A stretch of 64,000 nt of DNA, from the UHGV virus genome UHGV-1358930, one strand, 5' to 3'. Under the pieces are notes generated by a model. That model was not told where the DNA came from, searched no databases, and saw only the letters and a list, made by a program, of their open reading frames with translations. Positions within the stretch are counted from its first letter, which is position 1. Each line of letters begins with the position of its first letter. The stretch comes from a virus. This document shows, piece after piece, positions 39,984 through 50,931 of this stretch. The translations under genes and the position numbers were made by a program.

Positions 39984-40949
39984 ATGGACAGATATTACTT
40001 TAGCGGATCGTTGACGCAGCAGATGCATGACTATTTGGTTGCAATGCCTGACTTCAAACCGCTTGACATTTTGATTTCTCAGCTCGACAAGAGTGCAATC
40101 ACAAAAACTATTCAGTGGAAGAGAGAAGGCTTCTGCCGATCCTTATTTATCGACAGCGGTGCGTACTCAATACATACTGGAAAGGCAAAAGTTACGGTAG
40201 ACGAATACATCGATTATTTGAATTCTATAGATGATGATATTGATGTATGCGCACAACTTGATACTATTCCTGGTCATTTTGGTAAGACAAAGAACAAAGA
40301 AGACTACGAGGAATCAGCTAAAAAGAGTTGGGAAAATTTCTTGTATATGCGAACAAAACTTAAATCTCCAAACAAGCTGATGCCTGTTTATCATCAGGGC
40401 GAAGATTTTTCTGCTTTAGCTAATATGTTATCGTGGCGAGATGAAAACGGGAAGCAATTAGACTACGTTGGAATCTCTCCGTCCAACGATAGAAGCGTTA
40501 AGATGAAGGACATCTACCTTAAAGAAGTAGAAGAATTCATTGCACGTTCAGATAATCCTGATGTAAAAACACATCTGTACGGATACACTTCCATGCAGGG
40601 TCTCAGCAAATATAAATGCTATTCCTGCGATAGCATTTCGCATAGACATATTTCTGGATACTGTAAAATCTTAGTTCCGGAATTTGGAGTCATTTCCGTA
40701 TCTCAGAAGTCTAGAACTTCTAAAACAAAGTCAAATATGAGCTTCCTTGACACTGCAGATGAGTATAACAAGAAAAAAGTAGAAGAATATATCAAAAATT
40801 TAGGATTTACTTTAGATGAAGTAGTAGCATCTTCTTCTGTTCGTGTAGCTATCACTATACATGCAATTCGAGATATGCTAGATGATAAATATGTATACAA
40901 GAAAGAAAACGTGCTTAGACCTAAGAAGTTATTTAGTTTTCAAGCGTAA
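39984..40949 (+). CDS. dpdA: DpdA-like DNA-guanine transglycosylase (TGT superfamily) for 7-deazaguanine insertion into DNA
   Basis: 'SLFIDSGAYS' TGT-type Asp motif; Zn site 'CYSCDSISHRH'; co-occurrence with queFCDE-folE. Confidence 0.55.
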   Translation: MDRYYFSGSLTQQMHDYLVAMPDFKPLDILISQLDKSAITKTIQWKREGFCRSLFIDSGAYSIHTGKAKVTVDEYIDYLNSIDDDIDVCAQLDTIPGHFGKTKNKEDYEESAKKSWENFLYMRTKLKSPNKLMPVYHQGEDFSALANMLSWRDENGKQLDYVGISPSNDRSVKMKDIYLKEVEEFIARSDNPDVKTHLYGYTSMQGLSKYKCYSCDSISHRHISGYCKILVPEFGVISVSQKSRTSKTKSNMSFLDTADEYNKKKVEEYIKNLGFTLDEVVASSSVRVAITIHAIRDMLDDKYVYKKENVLRPKKLFSFQA

Positions 40950-40962
40950 GGAGAGTTAAAAA

Positions 40963-41526
40963 ATGAGTTTAAATGATACTAGAGACCGTACTAATTTTGA
41001 ATCTGGTGCTGTTCGAGAGGTGCTAGATACTAATGGCAGATGTGACTTGATGCCTCTCGGTATAATTGCAAAATTATTTGAAAGAGACCACCCTACCACC
41101 TTCCATATACTAAAAGCACTTGACGAATATATTTACACAGGAAACCAAACCTATATTTATGATGCTATAAATGAGTTTATCTTCAACGACAAACCATCTT
41201 GTATTTTAGACTTGTCAAAACACTACAAAGAGGCATTAGCTAAGTATCCAGAAAGAAATTGGGAGAAGGGGTTGCCTTCTCATTCATTTATTGATTCAGG
41301 TGTTCGTCATTTGATGAAAGTTCTTCGAGGGGACGACGATGAACCTCATGATCGAGCGTTTCTTTGGAATATGCTAGGTCTACTGTGGAATGATGAGCAT
41401 CATCCAGAACTTGTGGATCTACCATTTGTAGACAAATTGACAGTTCCAAACAGATATGTCAAGGGAGATGAAAATTGCATTGGTTGCGATGAACAGGCAT
41501 TCTCTTCTGTTCTAGCTTATCGATAA
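40963..41526 (+). CDS. Hypothetical protein (187 aa)
   Basis: ORF. Confidence 0.45.
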   Translation: MSLNDTRDRTNFESGAVREVLDTNGRCDLMPLGIIAKLFERDHPTTFHILKALDEYIYTGNQTYIYDAINEFIFNDKPSCILDLSKHYKEALAKYPERNWEKGLPSHSFIDSGVRHLMKVLRGDDDEPHDRAFLWNMLGLLWNDEHHPELVDLPFVDKLTVPNRYVKGDENCIGCDEQAFSSVLAYR

Positions 41527-41635
41527 CCTTAGATAACTTTGATACTAGCATACACAATCTATGTTTTGCATCTTGTATCACATCATCTATAGAGTGTTGA
41601 TACATATGGATTTAGCATTTGGAGGATATTGTAAT

Positions 41636-41899
41636 ATGGCACTGATTGAGAAGTCTGACATGGCTACACTGAAATCAAGCGCAGAAGTTGCAGAAGTAGC
41701 AAAGTCAGCGAAACTAATACTCGAAGAGATGTCCGTTGCATCTTTAATAAATGAAGCTGCCAATACGGGTAACACTGAAGTATACTGCACTAGAAATTTA
41801 TCATCCGTTATCAAAGATAAGCTGGTTTCTTTAGGATATACAGTTGAAGCCGTGCCAGAAGCATTGCCTATGCAATATTGTTATCTGATTAGATGGTGA
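41636..41899 (+). CDS. Hypothetical small protein
   Basis: Internal ATG after GGAGG. Confidence 0.35.
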   Translation: MALIEKSDMATLKSSAEVAEVAKSAKLILEEMSVASLINEAANTGNTEVYCTRNLSSVIKDKLVSLGYTVEAVPEALPMQYCYLIRW

Positions 41900-41903
41900 T
41901 TTC

Positions 41904-42278
41904 ATGGATAATACATTTTCAGTAGTATTATGCAAAGAATCTGAATTGGTGGAATGCAGAAAAGTATTCAGTGAGTCTGAGATAGCTCCTGTACTTTCTA
42001 TTCATGTTCCGCATGAATACTTCACTTATTCTAGGTACGCCATACATCAGATATCTGATTCTAAGCATGCAATTGATATTTCTAGGTATGTCAGACCTAG
42101 ATGCTCACCAGCTTGGTTAGATATTTGCACATGCGGATTAGATGTATCACCTGGTCAACATGATTATGTTGTTCGATACTATGATCATAGTACTCAGTCG
42201 TATGCCTGTGCATACTTTGGCTACATTATTCAAACTGATAATATTAACAAGCCATACCTGTACATGAATAGAGAATAA
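41904..42278 (+). CDS. Hypothetical protein
   Basis: ORF. Confidence 0.4.
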   Translation: MDNTFSVVLCKESELVECRKVFSESEIAPVLSIHVPHEYFTYSRYAIHQISDSKHAIDISRYVRPRCSPAWLDICTCGLDVSPGQHDYVVRYYDHSTQSYACAYFGYIIQTDNINKPYLYMNRE

Positions 42279-42308
42279 TTCCGGCATATTCGAGCACCAT
42301 CATTAAAT

Positions 42309-42884
42309 ATGGAAGTGATTGAAGTGAATTATATATATGGAGCTAAATTATTTAGATCTAGCTGCCGTAAAGAACATATCAAAGCTAACATAGCTAATCC
42401 AATCAATACTGAGCTAGTAACTCAGCTCAGCAGCATGATAGATACTGTAGATGACGATACAGATGAGACTATTGTTGATTCTATTCCTGAGGATGCCGAT
42501 TCAACTGTAGAAGAGCCTGATATGGTTGATGATGAAGATGCTGATCAAGCTGGTTCTAGTGATGAAGACGAAGACAATGGTTCAATATCGGAAGAAGATT
42601 TTCCAGAACCTGATGAATCGCAGCCTGACAATATAGACTCAGAAGATTCAACTGTTGACGATACAGATAGACTCGAATCTGCATTGAACAGTAACTCGAA
42701 CACTCAAGGAGTAATTCGCTGCGCCGAAAAAGATGATGAAATCTGGGTGTATTACAACGATGGCATAAATATCAGCAAAATATTGCCGGATATCATGGAT
42801 GAACTTGATGCTAGCAACATCACAGATATGTCATTTAGTAGAATTGCACGATCTAATAACGCTATCGTGTTTGACAGAAAATGA
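42309..42884 (+). CDS. Highly acidic protein (long D/E-rich tract)
   Basis: ~90-aa stretch dominated by D/E/S. Confidence 0.45.
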   Translation: MEVIEVNYIYGAKLFRSSCRKEHIKANIANPINTELVTQLSSMIDTVDDDTDETIVDSIPEDADSTVEEPDMVDDEDADQAGSSDEDEDNGSISEEDFPEPDESQPDNIDSEDSTVDDTDRLESALNSNSNTQGVIRCAEKDDEIWVYYNDGINISKILPDIMDELDASNITDMSFSRIARSNNAIVFDRK

Positions 42885-43210
42885 GAAATTACCATCCACT
42901 ACCGATAACAGAAGAGCTTGACTTCCATTATCTATTGACTCTGATGCCTGTGTTAAAAAATCTACCAGAGTACTCAAACTTACCTGAGTTGTTTTCTATC
43001 ATTGGATACTCCAAGTTAGTAGACCTGTGTAGATACGCCGGAGGGGAAACTATTGTTGTACCTACGTTAGAAGAACTAAGTAAATCTGTGAACTCAATTC
43101 AATGGTTTTACGATGTATATATTAAAAAATGTAAGCAGGAGTCAGATATACCTTCTATATATGTAGACGAAGTATCAAAGATAAAAATTGAATTTAATAA
43201 GAATATTTGA
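42881..43210 (+). CDS. Hypothetical protein
   Basis: ORF. Confidence 0.4.
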   Translation: MRNYHPLPITEELDFHYLLTLMPVLKNLPEYSNLPELFSIIGYSKLVDLCRYAGGETIVVPTLEELSKSVNSIQWFYDVYIKKCKQESDIPSIYVDEVSKIKIEFNKNI

Positions 43211-43416
43211 TGTTAGAACATATAAAAGCCAGAATAGAAGCTCGAAACAAGAAGAATGCGTTTAAATCGTTTTCAGCATTCTACACAGATTTTGTCTGGA
43301 GAATGCAAGACGTTCAAATAGCTTCAGAACTTGAATACTTGATATCTTACAACAGATTAACGGCATTATCTTTAGATAAGCTGATTGCAGCTGAAATGAA
43401 TAGGAAGGTGATATAG
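43207..43416 (+). CDS. Hypothetical small protein
   Basis: ORF. Confidence 0.35.
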   Translation: MMLEHIKARIEARNKKNAFKSFSAFYTDFVWRMQDVQIASELEYLISYNRLTALSLDKLIAAEMNRKVI

Positions 43417-43417
43417 C

Positions 43418-43747
43418 TTGATAACTGCGACAGACTTACAGCAAAGTTATATCAATTTATATAAACAACTTAGAGAATACTTGTGGCCGTTCCACACAGT
43501 AGAGCTCATTGCAGAGCTTGAAATTGAATGCTATTCATCATTCCCGCAAGTGAATAACTTGAGAAATATATATAGTAGACTGAAAAGTGAAATCTTTTCT
43601 GAATACATTTCTGACGACGATGAATATCGCACTCTTAAAGAGGCTTTCAATAAATTTGATTCTACTTTAGCAAAAGCAAAAAATTTTCATGATATATATG
43701 CAAAAATACCGTCAATGCGTGAGGTGACTCGGTTTGAAAATAAGTAA
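43418..43747 (+). CDS. Hypothetical protein (TTG start)
   Basis: ORF. Confidence 0.35.
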   Translation: MITATDLQQSYINLYKQLREYLWPFHTVELIAELEIECYSSFPQVNNLRNIYSRLKSEIFSEYISDDDEYRTLKEAFNKFDSTLAKAKNFHDIYAKIPSMREVTRFENK

Positions 43748-43916
43748 GAAGCTTGAATCTTGTGATAGCTGTAACGTAGTTACAGGTGCTAAAGATGCAG
43801 CTATCTGTAAAATCAAAGAAGCGATTGAGCAGCTTGCTACATGCTGTGCAGACGATGAAATCGCAAGAGATTCTATTGCTAATCTCAGTGTTGTTTTATT
43901 TGACCTACAAAAATAA
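43734..43916 (+). CDS. Hypothetical small protein
   Basis: ORF. Confidence 0.3.
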   Translation: MKISKKLESCDSCNVVTGAKDAAICKIKEAIEQLATCCADDEIARDSIANLSVVLFDLQK

Positions 43917-43941
43917 TATTTTATCTAGGAGGTAGAATATT

Positions 43942-44484
43942 TTGAAAGACCTCAAAACTGTTGAGGAGAATCAGAATCTTCAGATACACGATCCTAACTT
44001 GAACTTTCAGAAGGAGGCCGTCGAACGAATGCGGACCTCCTTATTGTCATGTACGATTGATTCAAATAGTAAAACTGCTACAGCTGCGCTTCAGCAAATT
44101 GCAATAATGCGAATATATCATCAAGTAAGTAGAGTGATAAAATATCTTGACTTGATGGATAAGCTTGAAAATAAGCTTTACGAGTCTATAGAAACTTCTA
44201 TGGATAATATGTCAGCTGCAAACCCTTCTACTTGGGCTATGTTACTGCGAATACAGTCACAGCTTCAGTATAACATGGTACAATCTCAAAAGCTACTAGA
44301 GCCTTACATGAACATGGATACATTTCATGTTCCGGATTTCTCCTCAGATAAAGACTACATTGACGCAGATGCTAAGCTTATTCCGCAAGAATCTAGAGAG
44401 AAACTACGAAATACTGCACAAGCAATATTGACAGAGCTGAATAGTAGTACTTCTGGAGGTGATACGGATGAATCTTCCAGCTGA
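43942..44484 (+). CDS. Hypothetical protein (possible small terminase/packaging-associated by position)
   Basis: SD GGAGGT; immediately upstream of large terminase. Confidence 0.3.
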   Translation: MKDLKTVEENQNLQIHDPNLNFQKEAVERMRTSLLSCTIDSNSKTATAALQQIAIMRIYHQVSRVIKYLDLMDKLENKLYESIETSMDNMSAANPSTWAMLLRIQSQLQYNMVQSQKLLEPYMNMDTFHVPDFSSDKDYIDADAKLIPQESREKLRNTAQAILTELNSSTSGGDTDESSS

Positions 44485-46372
44485 TTTGCCTGAAAAGATA
44501 AAATCTATATATGACTCTGTTTCAGAAGCAGAAAAAGCATATTTGAGAAAAATACTAGAAGAGTTAGCAGAAACCGGATATTCTAGTACATACGAAAACA
44601 TCTGGTTGACCGATTTTAAATCCGTACCCGTAGACATAGATACATTTGTTTGCGATCCTTATTATTTAGGTTCCGTGAATAGAAATGGTGACGCTGTATA
44701 TCCGTTTTGGCGTAAAACATTACGAGAAATCTTCAGTGCAGGTAACAAGTACAACGAAATCATATTGAGCGGCGCAACTCGTATCGGTAAGTCATCAACA
44801 GCCATTATCATAATGGCCTACATGTTGTATCGATTGATGATGTACAGAAACCCACATACATACTTTCAGAAAAAGGAGATATCAAAATTTTCTATTGTAT
44901 TTGCAAACTTGACTAAAGACCTAGCATTAGGTGTTGCTTACAGAGAATTTCAAGATACATTAAGAGCATCACCGTTTTTCAATGAGCATGGATCATTCAC
45001 CAGAAGTGACCGAAATTTCTACTATGTACCAGAGGGTAATAATATAGAAATAATTGCCGTATCTGATGGCGCACAGGCATTGGGAAAGCAGGTATGGGCA
45101 GTTTTCATCGACGAAATCTCGTTTGCACGGTCTGGTGTAAAAGATATCAACAAAGCAAAAGAACACATGAAGAGGCTGTATGATACAGTCAATGCTCGTG
45201 TTTCTGGTACGTTTAGATTGGGTGGAGAGGTGTATGGAAAGCTAATTGCCGGTTCCTCGAAGAATCAAGACAATGACTTTTTGTCTACACATATAGAAAC
45301 TCAGCTGAATTCTGGTAATACTCATTTGTATATTGTAGATCAGCCTCAATGGAAAATACTACCGCCCTCGATGTTTAGTGAAAAGAAATTTCATTTCACG
45401 GTTGGTGACAGATACAAACGAGGGTTTGTGATTCCAGAAGAGAACGATGACGATGCTCACATTCAAGAATACATCTCGCAAGGGTACAAGATAGTTGAAG
45501 CACCTGCAGAATTAAGACGAAATTTCCTCGCTGACTATGATATATCTTTGAGAGATATTGCAGGTATAAGTGTTGTAGGTGCGATGGGATTTATAACACA
45601 AGATGCAATCACACCAATTGTTTCTCAAGATAGGCATAATCCCTTCTATACCGATACAATACAGATTGGTACACGAGATAATTCTTCTATTGAACAGTAC
45701 TTTCATGTAGAATCAGTGCCAAGCAATCTAAAAAACTGCTATATGGCTATACATCTCGATTTAGCTGAAATCAGTGACCGTCAGGGTATATGCGGAGTAT
45801 GCGTAGATGGAAACAAAGTAGTTGAAGACATAAACGGGAAGAAAGTATCTTTACCATTTTATAGAGAAATTTTCTGTGTTGGTATAGAAGCCCCTAAAGG
45901 CGATAGAATGTCTTATCAGAAAGTAGTAAATTTTCTGCTATGGCTCAGACGACAGGGATTCAACATAGGTGTTGTATCTACTGACCAATTTCAGTCTAGC
46001 TACATGCGAGAGATGCTATCTCAGCAAGGATTCAACACTAAGAAAATTTCTGTTGATAGGTCAATGGAGCCTTACATAGGATTGAAAAATGTCATATATG
46101 ATCAACGCATAGAACTTATCAAACATCAGCTACAAGAAGACGAACTAGTTAACTTAAAGCGAATGAATAACAAATTTGACCACGATTCTGAACATTCAAA
46201 GGATTGCTCCGATGCATTGTGCGGCGCAATCTGGGACTTAGTCGAAGAGAAGGTAACACCTACACCAGCACCCAAATCTATAGCTAAGACGATAGCAAGT
46301 ATAAATGGTAGACACGCCACTAATCGAAGCAATATAGCTGGATTTAATTTTCCAGTTATTAAACACTATTAA
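44468..46372 (+). CDS. Terminase large subunit
   Basis: Walker A 'LSGATRIGKSS', Walker B 'AVFIDEISFA', C-terminal nuclease-like region; ~635 aa. Confidence 0.65.
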   Translation: MNLPADLPEKIKSIYDSVSEAEKAYLRKILEELAETGYSSTYENIWLTDFKSVPVDIDTFVCDPYYLGSVNRNGDAVYPFWRKTLREIFSAGNKYNEIILSGATRIGKSSTAIIIMAYMLYRLMMYRNPHTYFQKKEISKFSIVFANLTKDLALGVAYREFQDTLRASPFFNEHGSFTRSDRNFYYVPEGNNIEIIAVSDGAQALGKQVWAVFIDEISFARSGVKDINKAKEHMKRLYDTVNARVSGTFRLGGEVYGKLIAGSSKNQDNDFLSTHIETQLNSGNTHLYIVDQPQWKILPPSMFSEKKFHFTVGDRYKRGFVIPEENDDDAHIQEYISQGYKIVEAPAELRRNFLADYDISLRDIAGISVVGAMGFITQDAITPIVSQDRHNPFYTDTIQIGTRDNSSIEQYFHVESVPSNLKNCYMAIHLDLAEISDRQGICGVCVDGNKVVEDINGKKVSLPFYREIFCVGIEAPKGDRMSYQKVVNFLLWLRRQGFNIGVVSTDQFQSSYMREMLSQQGFNTKKISVDRSMEPYIGLKNVIYDQRIELIKHQLQEDELVNLKRMNNKFDHDSEHSKDCSDALCGAIWDLVEEKVTPTPAPKSIAKTIASINGRHATNRSNIAGFNFPVIKHY

Positions 46373-46390
46373 ATATAAGGAGTCGATAAA

Positions 46391-47920
46391 ATGTTCGTAA
46401 GAAACTGTCTACGCGCAGGAGACTATCTAGTACCAATCCCTTATGGAGTTCCTGTAACTTTGGAGTACGACGACGGGAAACTAAGTAAAATCTACAGATA
46501 CTATGATGATGAAAAACAAGCTGTATCAACAGAGGACTATACAACATACTCCCAGCTTGAGGGTGTAGTAAAGAAAGTTCCTATAAAAGTAGGAAGAACT
46601 TGGGTCAGAGGAGTACTATATTCTGGCTACCATGCAAAATGCGGAGGATACGTGCCTGCCGATGTAATGGCTGATCTATCAGAAGACGTGAAGGCATCAA
46701 AAAACTACAAATTCTACGCAGCTGATGTACTCAGTAACTCTACCGCATTTCATGGTGCGGGTCCAGTTCGTCAGTGGCTTAAGATGGCAGGGTTTACAAT
46801 TATTGCAGGGCAGCTAGTTCCAGCTAATGTTGATCAGAAAATATTTGACCAGATGTGGGATAGTAGATATCCATTTGAATATCCTTTGATGACGTACTAT
46901 TTCATCTGGAGAGGTTCCGATACATTGATCGTAAATACATTTTTACTTCAGGAAGTTTGTAAAAGTGTGTCAAAGTATCTCACTGAAGATGGTCTATTGC
47001 GCGGTAAAGTATCATGCGAAACTGGAAATACCATAGATCTAGATTATTATCAGATATATAAATACAATATTCACAAGGGCGTAACATTCATAATGAATGC
47101 TAACCATATTGTATATAGTTCTTGTAATGATAAACAAGCTGGTATAACATGCTCAGTTTGCGGAAAACGATATGTTCCAACTCAATTCTGTCATTGCGAT
47201 GATACACATTGCCTATCATTAAAATTTAAAACTGCTAACAACTTGTTGTCTGCTTTTAACGCGCATCCAATCACGTTCGACAGATATAAACAGCTGATAA
47301 AGAACAAAGAGATTCTTTGCGTAGGAGATGTATTGAATACAGATGAATATTTAGAGTACAGTTTAGAAACTTCTCTATATGCCATTCTTCGTGCGCTAAT
47401 TGACATCGACATTGTTAGAAATGATGATCTGATAACGTCATTTGTCAACTATTGTAACAACAACATAGACAGCTTAAAGTATTATATGGATAATCCAGAT
47501 AGAGCAGTAGTTGATTTTGATCTAGATGAATCCAAGTATTTTGATCTATTGAATTGGTTCAAAGATGCACAAAATGTGCAAGATGTGGTCAATGTTATCG
47601 ACAACCCAAGATATAATGCGTCTTACGTAAATAAGCTGTTTGATGGCCCGCCTATCTTTAGAGATAAGAAGATCTATATCACGGGTAAATTCAAGCACGG
47701 CAGCACAAATGATATAATCAGCATCTTCAACAGTTACGGCGCAGCGACTACAAATACATTCGATACAGATGTAAATTGTGTAGTAATTGGAGATATGCTA
47801 GAAAATATCGATGGTCGTAGCGTAAAATATGCTAGAAATATGAACATCCCTATTTTCTCTGAAGAGAAAATGTTCGATCTGTATGATATTGATGCGGATA
47901 TACAGCAGAACCTTCAATAG
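46391..47920 (+). CDS. LigA-like protein (NTase motif IV 'EGVVKK', Cys4 Zn finger, C-terminal BRCT) with degenerate KxDG motif
   Basis: 'CSVCGKRYVPTQFCHCDDTHC' Zn finger; C-terminal BRCT-like 'KIYITGKF...VNCVVIGD'; 'EYDDGKL' instead of KxDG. Confidence 0.35.
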   Translation: MFVRNCLRAGDYLVPIPYGVPVTLEYDDGKLSKIYRYYDDEKQAVSTEDYTTYSQLEGVVKKVPIKVGRTWVRGVLYSGYHAKCGGYVPADVMADLSEDVKASKNYKFYAADVLSNSTAFHGAGPVRQWLKMAGFTIIAGQLVPANVDQKIFDQMWDSRYPFEYPLMTYYFIWRGSDTLIVNTFLLQEVCKSVSKYLTEDGLLRGKVSCETGNTIDLDYYQIYKYNIHKGVTFIMNANHIVYSSCNDKQAGITCSVCGKRYVPTQFCHCDDTHCLSLKFKTANNLLSAFNAHPITFDRYKQLIKNKEILCVGDVLNTDEYLEYSLETSLYAILRALIDIDIVRNDDLITSFVNYCNNNIDSLKYYMDNPDRAVVDFDLDESKYFDLLNWFKDAQNVQDVVNVIDNPRYNASYVNKLFDGPPIFRDKKIYITGKFKHGSTNDIISIFNSYGAATTNTFDTDVNCVVIGDMLENIDGRSVKYARNMNIPIFSEEKMFDLYDIDADIQQNLQ

Positions 47921-47939
47921 AAGAAAGTAGGTGACATAG

Positions 47940-49433
47940 TTGGCAAATAAGTGGATTGAACGATTTAGACCTAAGCCGAATAAGCCGGTTGTATCTTACT
48001 TGAGAAGTGTGCTGTCTGGTTCTTTTTTCAAGATGTCAGATATCCGAAGGAACTCGGCAATTGACGACATAAAGAGTAGAATAGTTGCTATGCGAGCTCT
48101 TGCAAATGATTCTCAAGTAGCTACAGCATTATCTTACTACGCTACAGATGCAACAATTCCTAATAGTGATGGTCAGATAATTTGGGCTGTACCTATTGAC
48201 AAAAAATCTAAAGATGCTGCAGACATCGTGAATGACCTATTCAACCGATGGAATATAAACAGCTATGCTAGAGATCATATTTTAGAGTTGGCAACTGTTG
48301 GTAACTTGTATCTACCTACTACCGATATCTATAAAGAACCTTTATCGTTTTATCGAAGAGAAAACATAGCACTAGACAATAATACTATCCCAGACGCTGG
48401 GTACGATATAGTACCCTCATATAAACTACGTCCTGAAGACATTATACATCTATTTTATCGAGGTGTAGATGAAGGTTATCTGTATCAACCGGATTCATCT
48501 GATGCATCTTCAGTAATACGATACCCGAGCTCTTCTGTTATCCATTTTTCATTAGGAGGACTACTAGGAGATTATACTATTAGATTAAAAACTTCTGACG
48601 GTGATACAAAGGACTATGACATTAAATTTGCTAGCCCGCTCATGGAACAAGCTGCACAGCCCACCCAGACTTTAGGCTTGTTAGAAGACGCGCTGCTACT
48701 ATCATCCTTGACTCGCGTAGTTAGATTCATCAATGTAGAATGTGGATCTTCAGAAGAAACTGAACAACGAGATGCACTCCAGATAATTAAAGATGCAATT
48801 GAACAGCAGCTTTCTCTTAATACATTGAATGGAGATGCGCAAAGCTATGTCAATCCTCAATCTCCTAATAATTTAATATTTCTGCCTAAAATCAACGGCC
48901 AGGATGCTATCTCGATTACGGATTTAAACATGTCAGATACATCTGAATCGGATTCTAAGCTTCTAGAGCATTATCAAGATAAGAAATTGTCTGTGTTAGG
49001 TGTACCTAAGGAAGCAATGAACTTTTCCTCTAATGAAGGTCTAGGCGGAGCTGGATCTGTATTGTCACAAAGATCTGCACTGTATGCCAATTCTTTACAG
49101 CGTCTAGAAACTGCGTATATTTCTGGCTGGACTGATGCAATAAATAAATATTTTATGGCTAGAAACATGTCTGGATTTGTAAACAAATTTAAGCTTCATA
49201 TGCAGCCTATAATCACTACGATGTCTACTGTAGTATCTGAAAAGCGTGATGCTTCCGTCAGTCAGGCTCAAAATCTCATCAGCTTACTTCAGTCTATTAA
49301 AGTTGACGGTAACGAACCATATCTGAAAGCGATTCAAGAAGCGCTTAAAGAATCATTCCCACAGCTCGGATCGCAGATAATGTCCTGGTCTATAGAGCCG
49401 GAAGAGAACGGAGGCAACGAAGGTGGCTTCTAA
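47940..49433 (+). CDS. Putative portal protein (TTG start)
   Basis: ~500 aa ORF downstream of terminase. Confidence 0.35.
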   Translation: MANKWIERFRPKPNKPVVSYLRSVLSGSFFKMSDIRRNSAIDDIKSRIVAMRALANDSQVATALSYYATDATIPNSDGQIIWAVPIDKKSKDAADIVNDLFNRWNINSYARDHILELATVGNLYLPTTDIYKEPLSFYRRENIALDNNTIPDAGYDIVPSYKLRPEDIIHLFYRGVDEGYLYQPDSSDASSVIRYPSSSVIHFSLGGLLGDYTIRLKTSDGDTKDYDIKFASPLMEQAAQPTQTLGLLEDALLLSSLTRVVRFINVECGSSEETEQRDALQIIKDAIEQQLSLNTLNGDAQSYVNPQSPNNLIFLPKINGQDAISITDLNMSDTSESDSKLLEHYQDKKLSVLGVPKEAMNFSSNEGLGGAGSVLSQRSALYANSLQRLETAYISGWTDAINKYFMARNMSGFVNKFKLHMQPIITTMSTVVSEKRDASVSQAQNLISLLQSIKVDGNEPYLKAIQEALKESFPQLGSQIMSWSIEPEENGGNEGGF

Positions 49434-49767
49434 TTCAGAACTAATTAAATTGTTTTTTTACGACTTAAAGACATATAATTCTAGTAACTTCAGAACGCTA
49501 GAGCATGCGGATCTAACATCTCAATCACCTACAGTATTTAAGTCTTGTAGTAGTGTAGTAACACGATATTTCATATTTAAGGAACGTCATCCTGAGTTTT
49601 CTGATGAAGATATGCGATTGCTATACTACAGATTAGGAATTGATCAAATTGCTAGATATTTTTCTGAGTACCCTTCCGCTTGTATAGAAGATCTAAAACC
49701 ATTCCAGCAACAGCTTATCTGCCATGTAGAGCGTGAAAAGCGAGCTGAATCTAATGAGGTGAATTGA
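49423..49767 (+). CDS. Hypothetical structural-module protein
   Basis: ORF. Confidence 0.4.
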   Translation: MASNSELIKLFFYDLKTYNSSNFRTLEHADLTSQSPTVFKSCSSVVTRYFIFKERHPEFSDEDMRLLYYRLGIDQIARYFSEYPSACIEDLKPFQQQLICHVEREKRAESNEVN

Positions 49768-49771
49768 CATC

Positions 49772-50398
49772 ATGCCTGCTCCATTACGGTATAGAATATC
49801 CAAACTAGATGATTTACCTAAATGTGTATCAAACAACAGCAGAGATCTGAAAATAAATGTAACAAATTTTCTGCAGAATGATATATTAGTAGGAAAACGA
49901 ATCTCCATCCTTCATAGTAGATTCGGAGTGTTGTTTGCATGTACACTGAATTGTCATGGTAATCTTGTATCTGTAATGGACAATGGAATTGATCCAGATA
50001 TTTCGTTATCGGATATTTTGAAGCAGTTTGCTAAGTTTGGATTCTTGATTGAGTACAGACCAGATAGCCAGTTGTCTGGAGATCAGTTAACATATCTTAT
50101 TAGCATCTCTAACTTAAACTACGACAAAATCCGGATAATGAATGTGTACGAATACAATAAAGTGGGTGAACGTATTAACACTCAATATGTTGTAGCATTC
50201 ATGTCAATGTGCAATCCTTACTGGTTAAACGCTAACTATTCTTGTTCTATGAGTGAGTTCAAAGAGAGGCTTGCACATGGATCTGTAGCAAATTTAACTA
50301 GAGTTAGTCAAGATAACAATTATGATTGGTCTTGGTTACAAAACAGTGTAGCAAACATTCAGGATATTCTAGATAATAATTCGAGGTGTCTAGAATGA
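49772..50398 (+). CDS. Hypothetical structural-module protein
   Basis: ORF. Confidence 0.4.
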   Translation: MPAPLRYRISKLDDLPKCVSNNSRDLKINVTNFLQNDILVGKRISILHSRFGVLFACTLNCHGNLVSVMDNGIDPDISLSDILKQFAKFGFLIEYRPDSQLSGDQLTYLISISNLNYDKIRIMNVYEYNKVGERINTQYVVAFMSMCNPYWLNANYSCSMSEFKERLAHGSVANLTRVSQDNNYDWSWLQNSVANIQDILDNNSRCLE

Positions 50399-50931
50399 GC
50401 AAAAATCTAATCGGAAAAGATATTATAATGATGCGGAAGCGTTATGCCGAAGCGTTACATATGCAAGGAGTACCTTGTAGATATCAATTTCCTATACTAC
50501 CTGACACAAATCAGAATGGCGAGCCTGTAGTTGATAGCTACTCTGACATGATTGATACTTATATATTCTTTGAAGGTTCTCCTAAAATAAAGACATTCAA
50601 GCGAATGGGGTGGGTAGTTGAAAATGATTCAGATCTACCATTCCTCATTCATTGTAGCTTTGATTTACCAAACCTGCAGAAAGATTCTATATTCAGAATA
50701 GCTGGACAGTATAGTGATGTAGATGAGAGGGTGTTTCGTGTAACACAGCTTTCTTACGATATACAAGCACCTGATCATATTGTATGCCAAGTAATTCCTG
50801 TATACGATAACAACATCGTAGGACGAACTGATAAGGAAGTAGAAAACACGTTCAATACTTCAAATCATTTCATAACGCAGCCGATCGACTACAGAGGTAA
50901 ATATATCAGTGAGCAACCTGGAGAGCGGTGA
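50386..50931 (+). CDS. Hypothetical structural-module protein
   Basis: ORF. Confidence 0.4.
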   Translation: MSRMSKNLIGKDIIMMRKRYAEALHMQGVPCRYQFPILPDTNQNGEPVVDSYSDMIDTYIFFEGSPKIKTFKRMGWVVENDSDLPFLIHCSFDLPNLQKDSIFRIAGQYSDVDERVFRVTQLSYDIQAPDHIVCQVIPVYDNNIVGRTDKEVENTFNTSNHFITQPIDYRGKYISEQPGER

